Shown piece after piece: positions 47,312-58,046 of a stretch of 64,000 nt of DNA. Source of the DNA: Prochlorococcus sp. AG-402-K16. GTDB taxonomy: Bacteria; Cyanobacteriota; Cyanobacteriia; PCC-6307; Cyanobiaceae. The DNA lies in NCBI GenBank assembly GCA_003216795.1, contig QCIH01000007.1:335-64334 (forward strand). The letters are read 5' to 3'. Position numbers and translations under genes: made by a program. How positions within the stretch are numbered: the stretch's first letter is position 1; each line of letters opens with the position of its first letter. A model generated the notes under the pieces. It did no database searches. It saw nothing but the letters and a program-made list of their open reading frames with translations, and was not told the DNA's origin.

Positions 47312-48193
47312 GTGTCATTAATCGACTGGTTTGCCGCGAGGCGTAAAGATCAATTTGTTGGGAAAGTTTCGCAAGATACTGATGAGGGAGATGGGTTATG
47401 GGTTAAATGTTCAGAATGTTCGCAAGTAGCCTATAGAAAAGACCTAATTTCAAATTTCAATGTTTGTAGTAATTGTGGACACCACAATAGGATTAATAGT
47501 GATGAAAGGATAAATATAATTGCTGACAAAAATTCATTCGAAGAGTTTGATAGTTCACTAAGTCCTACAGATCCTTTAGGTTTTAAAGATAGAAGATCAT
47601 ATGCTGATCGAATTAAAGAAAGTCAAGCAGGCACAGGTTTAAGAGATGGAGTCGTAACAGGTATCTGTTCTGTAAATTCAATGCCTTTAGCATTAGCTGT
47701 TATGGATTTTAGATTTATGGGAGGATCCATGGGTTCAGTAGTTGGTGAGAAAATTACAAGGATAATTGAAAGAGCTACTTTAGAAAATTTTCCAATTCTT
47801 GTTGTTTGCGCATCAGGCGGAGCAAGGATGCAAGAAGGCATGTTAAGTCTTATGCAAATGGCAAAAATATCTGGAGCACTAAAAAAACATAAAGAGAAAA
47901 ATCTTCTTTATATGCCCTTATTAACTCATCCAACCACTGGGGGGGTAACAGCAAGCTTTGCAATGTTAGGTGATTTAATTTTGGCGGAACCTAAAGCTCT
48001 TATTGGATTTGCTGGAAGAAGGGTTATAGAACAAACATTAAGAGAAAAATTACCCGATAATTTTCAAACAGCTGAATATCTGCTTGAGCATGGTTTTGTT
48101 GATGTAATAGTTAAAAGGAAAGATCTCAAGGATACTCTGACTAAAATTTTAAAAATTCATGGTGTAAAAGAACTAGCAAAAGCAAATATATAA
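47312..48193 (+). CDS. accD: acetyl-CoA carboxylase carboxyltransferase beta subunit
   Basis: N-terminal zinc ribbon CSECSQ...CSNCGHH and a crotonase-fold CT domain. GTG start. Confidence 0.93.
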   Translation: MSLIDWFAARRKDQFVGKVSQDTDEGDGLWVKCSECSQVAYRKDLISNFNVCSNCGHHNRINSDERINIIADKNSFEEFDSSLSPTDPLGFKDRRSYADRIKESQAGTGLRDGVVTGICSVNSMPLALAVMDFRFMGGSMGSVVGEKITRIIERATLENFPILVVCASGGARMQEGMLSLMQMAKISGALKKHKEKNLLYMPLLTHPTTGGVTASFAMLGDLILAEPKALIGFAGRRVIEQTLREKLPDNFQTAEYLLEHGFVDVIVKRKDLKDTLTKILKIHGVKELAKANI

Positions 48194-48194
48194 A

Positions 48195-48587
48195 ATGAGA
48201 ATTATTTCAAATTTCTTTTATTTTTCTTTAAGCCTTTTACTTTTTATTTTAAATTTTGCGCCATATTCTTATGGGATAGGAAATGTTGACTGGGTCCTAC
48301 TAAAAGAGAATAATGACGGGAAAGAATGGCTTGATAAAGGCAGTATTAAGTCGCTTCCAAATGGTGAAATAACTGTCTTAACAAAGTTCTTCAAAAATCC
48401 AACTAATTCTGATGATGATGGAGAGTTATCACTTTATGTAATGAGAATTAATTGCGATGAAAAAAAGTTTAAAGATACCTCAATAAATGGAATACCTCAA
48501 TTCAATACAAAATGGCAAACTTCCAATAATGATGAATTAATAGATGTAGTTATTGAAAATAGCTGTTCAGAGTTTATAAATGGATAA
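48195..48587 (+). CDS. exported hypothetical protein, 130 aa
   Basis: Signal-peptide-like N-terminus. Packed between accD and the oxidoreductase gene (1-2 nt gaps). Confidence 0.5.
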   Translation: MRIISNFFYFSLSLLLFILNFAPYSYGIGNVDWVLLKENNDGKEWLDKGSIKSLPNGEITVLTKFFKNPTNSDDDGELSLYVMRINCDEKKFKDTSINGIPQFNTKWQTSNNDELIDVVIENSCSEFING

Positions 48588-48589
48588 TA

Positions 48590-49687
48590 ATGAATTCTAA
48601 AAATAAAAAATTGAAAATAGCAATCGCCGGACTAGGGTTTGGTAAAAAAGTACATTTAGAAGCGTTAAAAGAGTCGAATTATTTAACTCCTGTTGCTATT
48701 TATCATTATGACAAAAAGCAAAAATCAATTCTAGAGAAAGAAACTGGATTAGAGTTTTTTCATGATTGGGAAGACTTAGTTAAATCTCAAGAAATTGATG
48801 GGATTATTATTGCTACTCCTCCTGAATCAAGATTTAAATTAGCAAAACAAGCTCTTGAGAATAATAAAAATTTGCTATTAGAAAAACCTGTTTCACTATC
48901 GTCCTCTGAAATAGAAGAGCTTCAGAGGATTTCTTTGATTAATAACTTAAGCGTATGTGTTGATTTCGAATATAGAGCGGTACCCCTTTTTCTTCAGACA
49001 AAAAAACTTATTGATGAAAATATTTTAGGAGAAATATATTTAGTCAAATTAGATTGGTTAATGGGTAGCAGATCCGACCCTAAAAGATCTTGGAATTGGT
49101 ATTCTTTGGAAGAAAAAGGTGGAGGAGTTATTGGCGCCTTAGGTACTCATGCATTCGATATGTTGAATTGGTTATTTGGAGAATCAATAAATGTATCTGG
49201 CAAGTTAGCAACATCAATCAAAAAAAGACCTTTAGCTAATTCATCTGATTTTAATGAAGTTACTAGCGAGGACGTTTGTCTTGCTAATATAGAAATATCA
49301 AACTATAGCTCCAATCTTATTCCATGTCAGGTATCTCTATCATCGATTTCTAAAAATGGTAGAGGTTTTAGTTTAGAAATATATGGAAGCGAAGGTTCAC
49401 TTATTCTTAAAAGCGAGAACCAAAAAGATTACGTCCATGGTTTTAATTTGAAATATTCAAACAATGAAAATAAAATACAAAATCTAACTGCAGATTCAAG
49501 ATTTAATTTTGAAAAAACATGGACTGATGGAAGAATAGCTCCAGTTTTAAGAATTCAAAATTTATGGGCTAAGAGTATTTTTAATCAAACACCTATCATT
49601 CCAGGATTATGTGAGGGACTGGAGAGTCATAAAGTTTGCGAAGCTATAAGAGAATCTTCGAAAAGCGGATTAAGAATCAAAATTTAA
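48590..49687 (+). CDS. Gfo/Idh/MocA-family NAD(P)-dependent oxidoreductase
   Basis: IAIAGLGFGKKVH Rossmann N-terminus and an EKP motif (LLLEKPVS). Confidence 0.8.
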   Translation: MNSKNKKLKIAIAGLGFGKKVHLEALKESNYLTPVAIYHYDKKQKSILEKETGLEFFHDWEDLVKSQEIDGIIIATPPESRFKLAKQALENNKNLLLEKPVSLSSSEIEELQRISLINNLSVCVDFEYRAVPLFLQTKKLIDENILGEIYLVKLDWLMGSRSDPKRSWNWYSLEEKGGGVIGALGTHAFDMLNWLFGESINVSGKLATSIKKRPLANSSDFNEVTSEDVCLANIEISNYSSNLIPCQVSLSSISKNGRGFSLEIYGSEGSLILKSENQKDYVHGFNLKYSNNENKIQNLTADSRFNFEKTWTDGRIAPVLRIQNLWAKSIFNQTPIIPGLCEGLESHKVCEAIRESSKSGLRIKI

Positions 49688-49790
49688 AGCTATACATCTA
49701 CAAGTAGCAATTATCACCCGATAAAGTATTGGATTGATTTTATTTTTTTTTCATATTCTGGAAAAATCAGTTGAACTGAATTATTAAAGA

Positions 49791-50858
49791 ATGGCTTTAA
49801 ATTATTACAAAAACGAGCTTAAAGAGAATGCTCAATTACTAGCTTCTAAAGGGAAAGGGATATTAGCGGTAGATGAATCCACTAAAACAGTAGGTAAAAG
49901 ACTCGCTGGAATTGGCGTTGAGAATACTGAAGACAATAGGAAGGCATATAGAGGAATGCTTTTTACTACAGAAGGACTTGGGAAGTATATAAGTGGTGCA
50001 ATCCTCTTCGAAGAAACTCTTTTTCAGAATCATCAAGATGGTGAGTCAATGGTTAAGAAACTAAATGATTTAGGTATTATTCCAGGTATAAAAGTCGATA
50101 AAGGTCTAAATCCACTTCCTGGAGGAGGAGATGTAGAAACTTTTTGCTCTGGCCTAGATGGGTTAGTTGAAAGAGCAGCAAAATATTATGAACAAGGTGC
50201 AAGATTTGCAAAATGGAGAGCAGTTCTGCAAATTACAAATGATGGTTGTCCTTCAAAACTATCAATTCAAGAGAATGCCTGGGGATTAGCAAGGTATGCA
50301 AGATCCGTTCAAAAATCTGGTTTGGTACCAATTATTGAACCTGAAATCTTAATGGATGGCGACCATACTATTGAAAAAACTGCTGAAGTCCAAGAAGAGG
50401 TAATAAAACAGGTTTATATTGCTTGTCAAGCAAATGGAGTTTTTCTTGAAGGAACTTTATTAAAACCTTCTATGACTGTTAATGGGGCAGATTGTTTAAC
50501 AAAGGCTGATCCTATGAAAGTTGCTGAAATGACAATAAGAACTATGGAAAGATGCGTTCCTGCATCTGTTCCTGGAATAGTTTTCTTATCAGGAGGGTTA
50601 AGCGAAGAAGCTGCTTCTGTTTATTTAAATAATATGAACACTCTTTACAGGAAAGCTTTATGGAATGTTTCATTCTCCTATGGAAGAGCATTACAGCACT
50701 CATGCTTAAAGGCCTGGAAAGGAAGCGACGTTGAAGGGGGTCAAAAAGCATTAATAGCAAGAGCCCAGGCAAACTCTGAAGCTTCAAAAGGGGCCTATGT
50801 AGCAGGATCTCAACCTTCATCTGATGAGCAATTGTTTGTGGCAGGCTACACTTACTAA
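49791..50858 (+). CDS. fda: fructose-bisphosphate aldolase, class I
   Basis: Class I (Schiff-base) aldolase sequence. LLKPSM contains the catalytic Lys, and there is a C-terminal Tyr. Confidence 0.93.
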   Translation: MALNYYKNELKENAQLLASKGKGILAVDESTKTVGKRLAGIGVENTEDNRKAYRGMLFTTEGLGKYISGAILFEETLFQNHQDGESMVKKLNDLGIIPGIKVDKGLNPLPGGGDVETFCSGLDGLVERAAKYYEQGARFAKWRAVLQITNDGCPSKLSIQENAWGLARYARSVQKSGLVPIIEPEILMDGDHTIEKTAEVQEEVIKQVYIACQANGVFLEGTLLKPSMTVNGADCLTKADPMKVAEMTIRTMERCVPASVPGIVFLSGGLSEEAASVYLNNMNTLYRKALWNVSFSYGRALQHSCLKAWKGSDVEGGQKALIARAQANSEASKGAYVAGSQPSSDEQLFVAGYTY

Positions 50859-51006
50859 CTAAAAAAATCCTAAAAATATACTCTGGGTCATAAAAATAGT
50901 TTCTTTAATTTAGTATTTTGTATATCTAATGACGTGACATTTGATACCTCTTTATACTAAACTCTCGGAAACATATGCTTTATATAGCATTTAACTTATT
51001 TTAATT

Positions 51007-52080
51007 ATGGCCCTCGTTCCACTAAGACTACTTTTAGATCACGCTGCTGAGAATGGTTACGGTATTCCAGCTTTCAATGTTAATAACCTTGAGCAAGTTC
51101 AAGCAATCATGGAAGCAGCATATGAAACTGATAGTCCTGTAATCCTCCAAGCTTCAAGAGGGGCAAGAAATTATGCAGGAGAAATTTTCCTACGTCATCT
51201 AATTCTTGCTGCTACAGAAACATATCCTAATATTCCAGTGGTAATGCACCAAGACCATGGTAATGAGCCATCAACATGTTATTCAGCAGCAATAAATGGT
51301 TTCACATCAGTAATGATGGATGGTTCTCTAGAGGCAGATGCAAAGACACCCGCTAGTTACGAATATAATGTTGCAGTTACTAAAAAAGTAGTAGATTTTG
51401 CTCATTCAGTTGGAGTTAGTGTTGAAGGAGAATTAGGTTGCTTAGGTTCGTTAGAAACAGGAAAAGGTGAGGCAGAAGATGGTCATGGATTTGAAGGTGA
51501 ACTTTCTACAGATATGCTTTTAACTGATCCTGAAGAGGCGGCAGATTTTGTTGCCAAAACAAAAGTTGATGCATTAGCAATTGCTATAGGTACAAGTCAT
51601 GGTGCATATAAATTCACAAGAAAGCCTACAGGAGAAGTTCTTGCAATAAGCAGAATTGCTGAAATCCATAAAGCACTACCAAATACACATCTTGTAATGC
51701 ATGGATCTAGTTCAGTGCCTCAGGAATGGTTGGATATCATTAACAAATATGGTGGTGAGATTCCTCAAACATATGGTGTTCCTGTTGAAGAGATTCAAGA
51801 AGGAATAAGAAATGGAGTAAGGAAAGTCAACATTGATACCGATAACAGACTTGCTTTCACTGCAGCGGTTAGAGAGGCAGCATTTGCTGATAAGGCAAAC
51901 TTTGACCCAAGACATTTTAACAAACCTGCTAGAAAATACATGAAGCAAGTTTGTCTTGACAGATACAAACAGTTCTGGTGCGAAGGTCAAGCAAGTAAGA
52001 TCAAACAAAACAGCACTAATTATTTTGCTGATCTTTACGCAAAAGGCGATTTAGATCCAAAAGTAAAGGCTACTGTTTAA
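51007..52080 (+). CDS. cbbA: fructose-bisphosphate aldolase, class II (Calvin-cycle type)
   Basis: HQDHG and HGSSSVP metal-ligand blocks, 357 aa. Confidence 0.95.
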   Translation: MALVPLRLLLDHAAENGYGIPAFNVNNLEQVQAIMEAAYETDSPVILQASRGARNYAGEIFLRHLILAATETYPNIPVVMHQDHGNEPSTCYSAAINGFTSVMMDGSLEADAKTPASYEYNVAVTKKVVDFAHSVGVSVEGELGCLGSLETGKGEAEDGHGFEGELSTDMLLTDPEEAADFVAKTKVDALAIAIGTSHGAYKFTRKPTGEVLAISRIAEIHKALPNTHLVMHGSSSVPQEWLDIINKYGGEIPQTYGVPVEEIQEGIRNGVRKVNIDTDNRLAFTAAVREAAFADKANFDPRHFNKPARKYMKQVCLDRYKQFWCEGQASKIKQNSTNYFADLYAKGDLDPKVKATV

Positions 52081-52103
52081 TTTCTTCCAAAATTAAATAA
52101 AAA

Positions 52104-52131
52104 AAGACCTCCAAAATTGGGGGTTTTTTTA
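52104..52131. terminator. putative bidirectional intrinsic terminator between cbbA and purQ
   Basis: A-run, then stem GACCTCC / GGGGGT(T) with loop AAAATT, then a T-run (52124-52130). One G-U pair. It overlaps the purQ stop codon. Confidence 0.5.
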
Positions 52132-52794
52132 TTTCAATATTAATGATTTTAATGTAAAGAGACCATCAGTCCCACCAATTGTCTTATCACATGCTCGTTC
52201 TGGATGAGGCATTAAACCTAGAACATTTCCCTTTTCATTAGTTATACCTGCGATATCGAATGAGGATCCATTGGGATTATTTTTATATCTCAAAGCGATC
52301 AATTCATTATCTACAAGTTTTTTTAAAGTATCAGAATCACAATAATATCTTCCTTCCCCATGCGCTATTGGCAACTTAATAGTTTGTTTTTCATCTACAT
52401 TATTGAACCAACCTCCTTTTGAAGAAACGATATCCAGTTCAACGTCATCACAGATAAAATTAAGATTTTTATTCGCAACAAGAGCACCAGGCAAAAATCC
52501 TGATTCTGTCAAAATTTGAAACCCATTACAAATTCCTAAAACTCTTTTCCCGCTTTTAACAAACTCATCCAAGGCATTTATTAATGGAGAGAATCTGGCA
52601 ATTGCTCCGCATCTTAAATAATCACCATAGCTAAATCCCCCAGGTAAAACTATTGCATCTACATCACTTAAATCTGAAGACTCATGCCACAGGTATTTTG
52701 TTCTTATATCTAAACAACCTTCCAATGCCCATGAAACATCACGATCACAATTAGAACCAGGGAAGACAACAACTCCTACGGTAAAATTATCCAT
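52129..52794 (-). CDS. purQ: phosphoribosylformylglycinamidine synthase, glutaminase subunit
   Basis: GICNGFQ nucleophile elbow and HPER near the C-terminus. Confidence 0.93.
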   Translation of the reverse strand: MDNFTVGVVVFPGSNCDRDVSWALEGCLDIRTKYLWHESSDLSDVDAIVLPGGFSYGDYLRCGAIARFSPLINALDEFVKSGKRVLGICNGFQILTESGFLPGALVANKNLNFICDDVELDIVSSKGGWFNNVDEKQTIKLPIAHGEGRYYCDSDTLKKLVDNELIALRYKNNPNGSSFDIAGITNEKGNVLGLMPHPERACDKTIGGTDGLFTLKSLILK

Positions 52795-52795
52795 C

Positions 52796-53050
52796 TTATA
52801 ATTTTTCTAGTGAATACTCATAATCTTCAATAACAGTATTTGCGAATAACCTATCACACAATAAATCAATTTTTTCTCTTACTTCGTTTTCACCATTACC
52901 TTCTATTTTTACCTCAATTATTTTTCCTATACGTAATGATTTTATTCCCTCGGCTCCCAGTTTTATAGAGGCAGATTTGGTAGCTTCCCCTGCTGGATCT
53001 AGAACTGAGGGTCTTAGTCTTACAAAAACTTTTACAGCAAATTGGTCCAA
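52796..53050 (-). CDS. purS: phosphoribosylformylglycinamidine synthase subunit PurS
   Basis: 84-aa PurS-like ORF immediately upstream of purQ. Confidence 0.88.
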   Translation of the reverse strand: MDQFAVKVFVRLRPSVLDPAGEATKSASIKLGAEGIKSLRIGKIIEVKIEGNGENEVREKIDLLCDRLFANTVIEDYEYSLEKL

Positions 53051-53147
53051 TTAAAAATTAATTTCTACTAGAAGATTAGTTTAAATTTTAATAAAAAGTA
53101 CTATTGATTAATAAACAAATATTTTTACCTTAAGGTTTTCTGAGTTA

Positions 53148-53312
53148 TTAGATGTTTATGTAGCCTCTACCAAAACAAACTAGGCAAGTTCTTCTTGAAT
53201 TTTCATGTGTTTTAAAATTTCCTGCCCCTCCACATTTTGAACATCTTATTTTATCAATTGATGTAACTTCGTCAGAGATTATTTGTTTTAAAGCGATTTT
53301 TGGATTTTCCAT
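53148..53312 (-). CDS. small DnaJ-type zinc-finger protein (CxxCxGxG x2)
   Basis: CSKCGGAG and CLVCFGRG motifs. Start placed at ATG 53312 (MENPK), since the ORF-track start is a TTG. Confidence 0.55.
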   Translation of the reverse strand: MENPKIALKQIISDEVTSIDKIRCSKCGGAGNFKTHENSRRTCLVCFGRGYINI

Positions 53313-53353
53313 CTTGGACTGTCTACTCTTAAAGTATCCCGGCAACTATAGTG

Positions 53354-54418
53354 TTAAATTGCTATTTTTGGTTGACTTAAAATCTTAAATTTCTCTTTAA
53401 TTTTTTTAATGAAAGTTTTTATAGATTTTTCATCAAAGGTAATTATTACTAATTCAAGCCCAGCATTATCATTTGGTCTCCAACAATTGTCTGGAGCTTC
53501 TTCAAACCAAGTATTAATTTTCTTTCCAACAATTTGTATTTGTAAAGGCAATGATTTGTTTGGTATCCAAATACGTCCTTTTATTCGAAGAATGTTTAAT
53601 TCATCCAAGATTTTTGACATCTCCTTTTCAAAATCATTTTTTTCAAGGAAATAATTTAATTTAATTGAATCTGATACAAGCTCAACATGATTATGGTCAT
53701 GTTCTTCAGTTAAAAATTCTTTATAAGTCTCTTTTTTAAAATTAAAATCAAATAGATAATTCAAATCAATTTTGCCATTCTTGGATTTAAGGACTGGTGT
53801 AGATGAGTTTAGACTTCCTTGAATTTTATTTTTTACTACGTCAAACTGATCATCATTTAAGATATCTGATCTAGAGACTAAAACGATATCAGAAACTTCT
53901 AGTTGCTCCTCAAAAAGTTCATCTATAGTGGCGTTGTGATCAATTTTATCTGTTTCATTATATTGTTTTGTTATTTTATTTAAATCATTAATTGGTGAAC
54001 CATTAAGTATTGATTCTCCATTAACGATACCAACAACAACATCAAGGTAGATTGAAGACCTAATCTCAGGCCAGTTAAGTGCTTGAATTAAGGGAATTGG
54101 TAGAGCCAATCCACTTGTTTCGATAATTATTGATTCGATAGAAGGATTAAATTCTATGAGAGCTTTTATTGATGGAACAAAATCATCTTGAACAGTACAA
54201 CATAAACATCCATTGTTTAATTCGATTACGCAGTCGTCTTCAGATTCATCACATTTATCACAACTTCTAATTAAATCACCGTCAATTCCAACATCACCAA
54301 ATTCATTAATTATTAAACCAAATTTTTTATTACTCTCTTTTAATAGATATCTTAGAAAAGTTGTTTTACCTGAACCTAGAAATCCCGAAACAATTATAAC
54401 TGGTATTTTTTTTTTCAT
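53354..54418 (-). CDS. COG0523 (CobW/YjiA-type) metallochaperone GTPase
   Basis: GFLGSGKTT P-loop, GCLCCT metal motif and a His-rich linker EEHDHNH. Confidence 0.88.
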   Translation of the reverse strand: MKKKIPVIIVSGFLGSGKTTFLRYLLKESNKKFGLIINEFGDVGIDGDLIRSCDKCDESEDDCVIELNNGCLCCTVQDDFVPSIKALIEFNPSIESIIIETSGLALPIPLIQALNWPEIRSSIYLDVVVGIVNGESILNGSPINDLNKITKQYNETDKIDHNATIDELFEEQLEVSDIVLVSRSDILNDDQFDVVKNKIQGSLNSSTPVLKSKNGKIDLNYLFDFNFKKETYKEFLTEEHDHNHVELVSDSIKLNYFLEKNDFEKEMSKILDELNILRIKGRIWIPNKSLPLQIQIVGKKINTWFEEAPDNCWRPNDNAGLELVIITFDEKSIKTFIKKIKEKFKILSQPKIAI

Positions 54419-54427
54419 CTTTGATGA

Positions 54428-54940
54428 TTAACAACCTAAGCTATATTCTGTACTCTCTCCTGTAGAACTATTTGTGCCATTAGCAATCGCACATAATTGT
54501 TTTTGTTGTGTACGACTAAGAACAGCATCAGTAAAATCTGCACCATCTATTTTTGCTCCTTCAAAATTACTCTCCATTAATAAAGCATTTGTAAAATTAA
54601 CATCCGAAAGATCTGCATCTGTAAAATCTGTTGCATAAGCTAGTGCATCTCTTAAATTGGCTCCATTAAACTTTGAATTTTGCAATTTACTATTATTGAA
54701 CACCGCGCCTTCTAAATTACTTTCACTGAAATTAAACCCATTCAAATCAAACTTAACGTATTCGTTACCGCTTAAATCTTGACCATGCATATCTGGCTCT
54801 AAATTAAGGTCTTGCTGGTTTCTAATCTCAGGAGGTCTTTTAGCCCATGCAGAATTTACAGAATTAAAAAATAAAACCCCAACAAACAATAAAGTAATTA
54901 ATGCATTCTTTAGTGAGGGGAAAACAATTGATTTAATCAT
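54428..54940 (-). CDS. exported pentapeptide-repeat protein
   Basis: Signal peptide followed by tandem A(D/N)LxX pentapeptide repeats. Confidence 0.85.
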   Translation of the reverse strand: MIKSIVFPSLKNALITLLFVGVLFFNSVNSAWAKRPPEIRNQQDLNLEPDMHGQDLSGNEYVKFDLNGFNFSESNLEGAVFNNSKLQNSKFNGANLRDALAYATDFTDADLSDVNFTNALLMESNFEGAKIDGADFTDAVLSRTQQKQLCAIANGTNSSTGESTEYSLGC

Positions 54941-55003
54941 AATAAGACTGTATTTTGGAACTTAAGTATTTAAAGTTTGTAAGAGTATTTTAAAGGAAAA
55001 CAT

Positions 55004-55621
55004 ATGGCAATGTCACTAAAGGTTATTGTTCCTCCTCATCCATTAATAAAACATTGGCTTTCAATATTGCGAGAAAAAAATACTCCAAATATTTTGTACT
55101 CAACAGGATATGAGCAATTAGGGAAATGGCTTACATATGAAGCATTACGTAATTGGTTGCCATATAAAAAAGAAATAGTAAATACTGATAATGGGGCCGC
55201 AGATGGATTCTTTATTAATAATGATTATCCAATAAAAGTGCTCGCAATGTTGCCCGAAGGGTTATCTCTTTGGTTTGGATCTAAAGAAGTAATCCCTAAT
55301 TCAACCCTCTCATTAGGAGAACTTCCTAAAACTATTGAATCAAATGAAGGAGTTATATTTTATTCAGAACAAATAACGACAAAATCAGCAACATTAGAAA
55401 CTTTAATTAAATTAAAGGAATTAGGTGTTGATTCAAATAGGATTCTTTTAATAACTGCTATTTGCTCAAATAAAGGGTTAAATGAAATTGCTAAATTATT
55501 CCCTAATCAGGTAATTTACGCTTCTTGCATAGATGAAGAAGACGAAAAAACAAGATTATTGGTACCCGGTATTGGTAATCCTTTATCGCGTTTAAGTACT
55601 ATATTTCAAGATAAGAACTAA
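55004..55621 (+). CDS. uracil phosphoribosyltransferase homologue with a degenerate PRPP motif
   Basis: Upp-like throughout (PHPLIKHW.., LVPGIGN), but the DPMLATGGS equivalent reads SEQITTKSA. Confidence 0.7.
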   Translation: MAMSLKVIVPPHPLIKHWLSILREKNTPNILYSTGYEQLGKWLTYEALRNWLPYKKEIVNTDNGAADGFFINNDYPIKVLAMLPEGLSLWFGSKEVIPNSTLSLGELPKTIESNEGVIFYSEQITTKSATLETLIKLKELGVDSNRILLITAICSNKGLNEIAKLFPNQVIYASCIDEEDEKTRLLVPGIGNPLSRLSTIFQDKN

Positions 55622-55650
55622 TATAGGATATAGGAGTAAATATTTTACCA

Positions 55651-55941
55651 ATGTCTGAATACAGAGATTCGTCTTCAAATAATCTTTTATCCTTAATAAG
55701 CGGTGCTTTTATTGGAGCAGCAGGTCTAGCTTGGTGGTTGATATCCGAAGCAGACAAACGAAAGGAGGAAAAAAAACAAAAAGCAATGATGTATTCCTCC
55801 AGAATTCAAGATGGTTCTGAAGCGATTGATTCAAATGAAAATATAAATGAAGTTGAAGGAGAGAATCTGGAGAAGAAAGTTGAGCAACTTAATTCTGCAA
55901 TTGCTGATGTGAGGAAGCAACTTGAAGAGTTGGGGCAATAG
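55651..55941 (+). CDS. hypothetical membrane-anchored coiled-coil protein, 96 aa
   Basis: One TM helix (LLSLISGAFIGAAGLAWWLI) followed by a charged helical tail. Confidence 0.45.
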   Translation: MSEYRDSSSNNLLSLISGAFIGAAGLAWWLISEADKRKEEKKQKAMMYSSRIQDGSEAIDSNENINEVEGENLEKKVEQLNSAIADVRKQLEELGQ

Positions 55942-55964
55942 AATAAAAAAGGTTCTCAAATAAT

Positions 55965-57638
55965 ATGAATAAACTCAGATCATCTGCAATAACCCAAGGT
56001 GTGCAAAGATCACCTAACAGATCGATGTTAAGAGCTGTTGGATTTAATGATGAAGATTTTAATAAACCTATTATTGGAGTTGCAAATGGATACAGCACCA
56101 TAACTCCATGCAATATGGGTTTAAATAAATTAGCTCTAAAAGCTGAAGAGTCAATAAAAAGATCAGGTGGGATGCCTCAGATGTTTGGGACTATAACAGT
56201 GAGTGATGGCATTTCTATGGGAACAGAGGGAATGAAATATTCCCTAGTTTCAAGAGAAGTTATTGCTGATTCAATTGAAACTGCATGCAATGCTCAGAGT
56301 ATGGATGGAGTTCTTGCTATAGGTGGATGTGATAAGAATATGCCAGGTGCCATGATTGCGATTGCAAGAATGAATATTCCCTCAATTTTTATTTATGGAG
56401 GGACAATAAAGCCTGGGAAATTGCATGGAGAAGATCTTACTGTTGTTAGTGCATTTGAAGCTGTTGGGCAATTAACATCAGGCAAAATTAATGAAGAAAG
56501 GCTAATCCAAGTTGAGAAAAATTGTATTCCTGGTGCTGGTAGCTGTGGAGGAATGTTTACAGCTAATACAATGTCTGCGGTTATTGAAGTATTAGGGTTA
56601 AGTCTTCCTCACAGTTCCACTATGGCTGCTGAAGATCTTGAAAAAGAACTAAGTGCAGATAAAAGTGCTGAGATATTAGTCTCTGCAATAGAAAAAGATA
56701 TAAGACCTTTAGACCTTATGAATAAGAAAGCATTTGAAAATGCAATATCAGTAATTATGGCAATTGGCGGATCAACAAATGCGGTATTGCACATCTTAGC
56801 TATTGCTAATACTGCAGGAATAGATATCAACATTAATGATTTTGAGAGAATCAGACAAAAAGTACCCGTTATTTGTGACCTTAAACCGAGTGGTAAATAT
56901 GTGACGGTGGATCTACATAAGGCAGGGGGGATTCCACAAGTAATGAAAATACTTTTGAATGCAGGCTTAATTCATGGCGATTGCAAAAACATTGAAGGCA
57001 AAACTATCTCAGAATACTTACAGAATATTCCAGATAAGCCTCCAACAAATCAAAATGTCATAAGAGGCATAGATGACCCTCTTTATAAAAAAGGACATCT
57101 AGCAATATTAAAAGGTAACTTAGCGAGCGAAGGTTCTGTAGCCAAAATTAGCGGAGTAAAAAACCCTGTATTAACGGGTCCAGCAAAGATTTTTGAAAGT
57201 GAAGAGGATTGTTTAAAATCTATATTAAATAACGATATCAAAGCTGGTGATGTTGTTGTTATTAGAAACGAAGGTCCAGTAGGAGGTCCAGGCATGAGAG
57301 AAATGTTAGCCCCAACATCTGCGATTGTTGGTCAAGGACTAGGAGAGAAAGTAGCTTTAATTACAGATGGCAGATTTAGCGGTGGTACCTATGGTCTTGT
57401 TGTAGGTCACATAGCTCCAGAGGCTGCTGTTGGAGGAAATATTGCTCTAATAAAACAAGGTGATTTAATTACAGTAGATGCTGTAAAACAACTAATTGAA
57501 GTTAATTTATCTGACGAAGAATTAGAAAAAAGAAAAAAAGATTGGGTCAAACCTACAACACAATACAAAAGAGGGATACTTTCAAAATATTCGAAAATAG
57601 TAAGCACATCAAGTTTAGGGGCTGTTACTGATTTATAG
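55965..57638 (+). CDS. ilvD: dihydroxy-acid dehydratase
   Basis: CDKNMPG and [12 protein letters not shown] Fe-S ligand motifs. Confidence 0.96.
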   Translation: MNKLRSSAITQGVQRSPNRSMLRAVGFNDEDFNKPIIGVANGYSTITPCNMGLNKLALKAEESIKRSGGMPQMFGTITVSDGISMGTEGMKYSLVSREVIADSIETACNAQSMDGVLAIGGCDKNMPGAMIAIARMNIPSIFIYGGTIKPGKLHGEDLTVVSAFEAVGQLTSGKINEERLIQVEKNCIPGAGSCGGMFTANTMSAVIEVLGLSLPHSSTMAAEDLEKELSADKSAEILVSAIEKDIRPLDLMNKKAFENAISVIMAIGGSTNAVLHILAIANTAGIDININDFERIRQKVPVICDLKPSGKYVTVDLHKAGGIPQVMKILLNAGLIHGDCKNIEGKTISEYLQNIPDKPPTNQNVIRGIDDPLYKKGHLAILKGNLASEGSVAKISGVKNPVLTGPAKIFESEEDCLKSILNNDIKAGDVVVIRNEGPVGGPGMREMLAPTSAIVGQGLGEKVALITDGRFSGGTYGLVVGHIAPEAAVGGNIALIKQGDLITVDAVKQLIEVNLSDEELEKRKKDWVKPTTQYKRGILSKYSKIVSTSSLGAVTDL

Positions 57639-57659
57639 ATCTGTTCAAAGTTTATTTTC

Positions 57660-58046
57660 TTAATCAATAAAGCTTTTTATCCTATTTGCTAAGTTTTCCA
57701 ATCTAGAGCTGTATTTTGGTGAGTTGCATTTTTCTCCATTATTGCTGTTCATCCACAATGTTTTAACTCCACACCACAATATTGGTTCATCAGGAAAATT
57801 AAGCTTAGAGATAACTAAAACCAACTCTTTATTTGATTTAAAAAGTTCTAATTCAAGATCGTAAATTTCTAATCTTTTACCTTCTTTGTCTCGACATAAA
57901 ATATTAACCGTCAAATCAATATCTTCTTCTTCGATTTCGTATTCACCATTTATTTTTACCACAGAATGCATAAAAGGTTTATTTGTTAAATCCGCTGACT
58001 TGGCGATTAAGCTCTCTATATTTTTAGATGGATTTTCAAAGAACAC
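57660..58046 (-). CDS. hypothetical protein (up to 128 aa; start uncertain)
   Basis: The ORF-track frame begins at a GTG that overlaps the upstream gene by 11 nt. An internal ATG (MHSVV, 57971) is possible. Confidence 0.45.
   Translation of the reverse strand: MFFENPSKNIESLIAKSADLTNKPFMHSVVKINGEYEIEEEDIDLTVNILCRDKEGKRLEIYDLELELFKSNKELVLVISKLNFPDEPILWCGVKTLWMNSNNGEKCNSPKYSSRLENLANRIKSFID

Noticed and set aside
47234-47350. A 36-codon plus-strand frame ([19 protein letters not shown]...) running into the accD start.
   Set aside because: It overlaps accD out of frame and has no ribosome-binding or promoter signal. It is within chance expectation.
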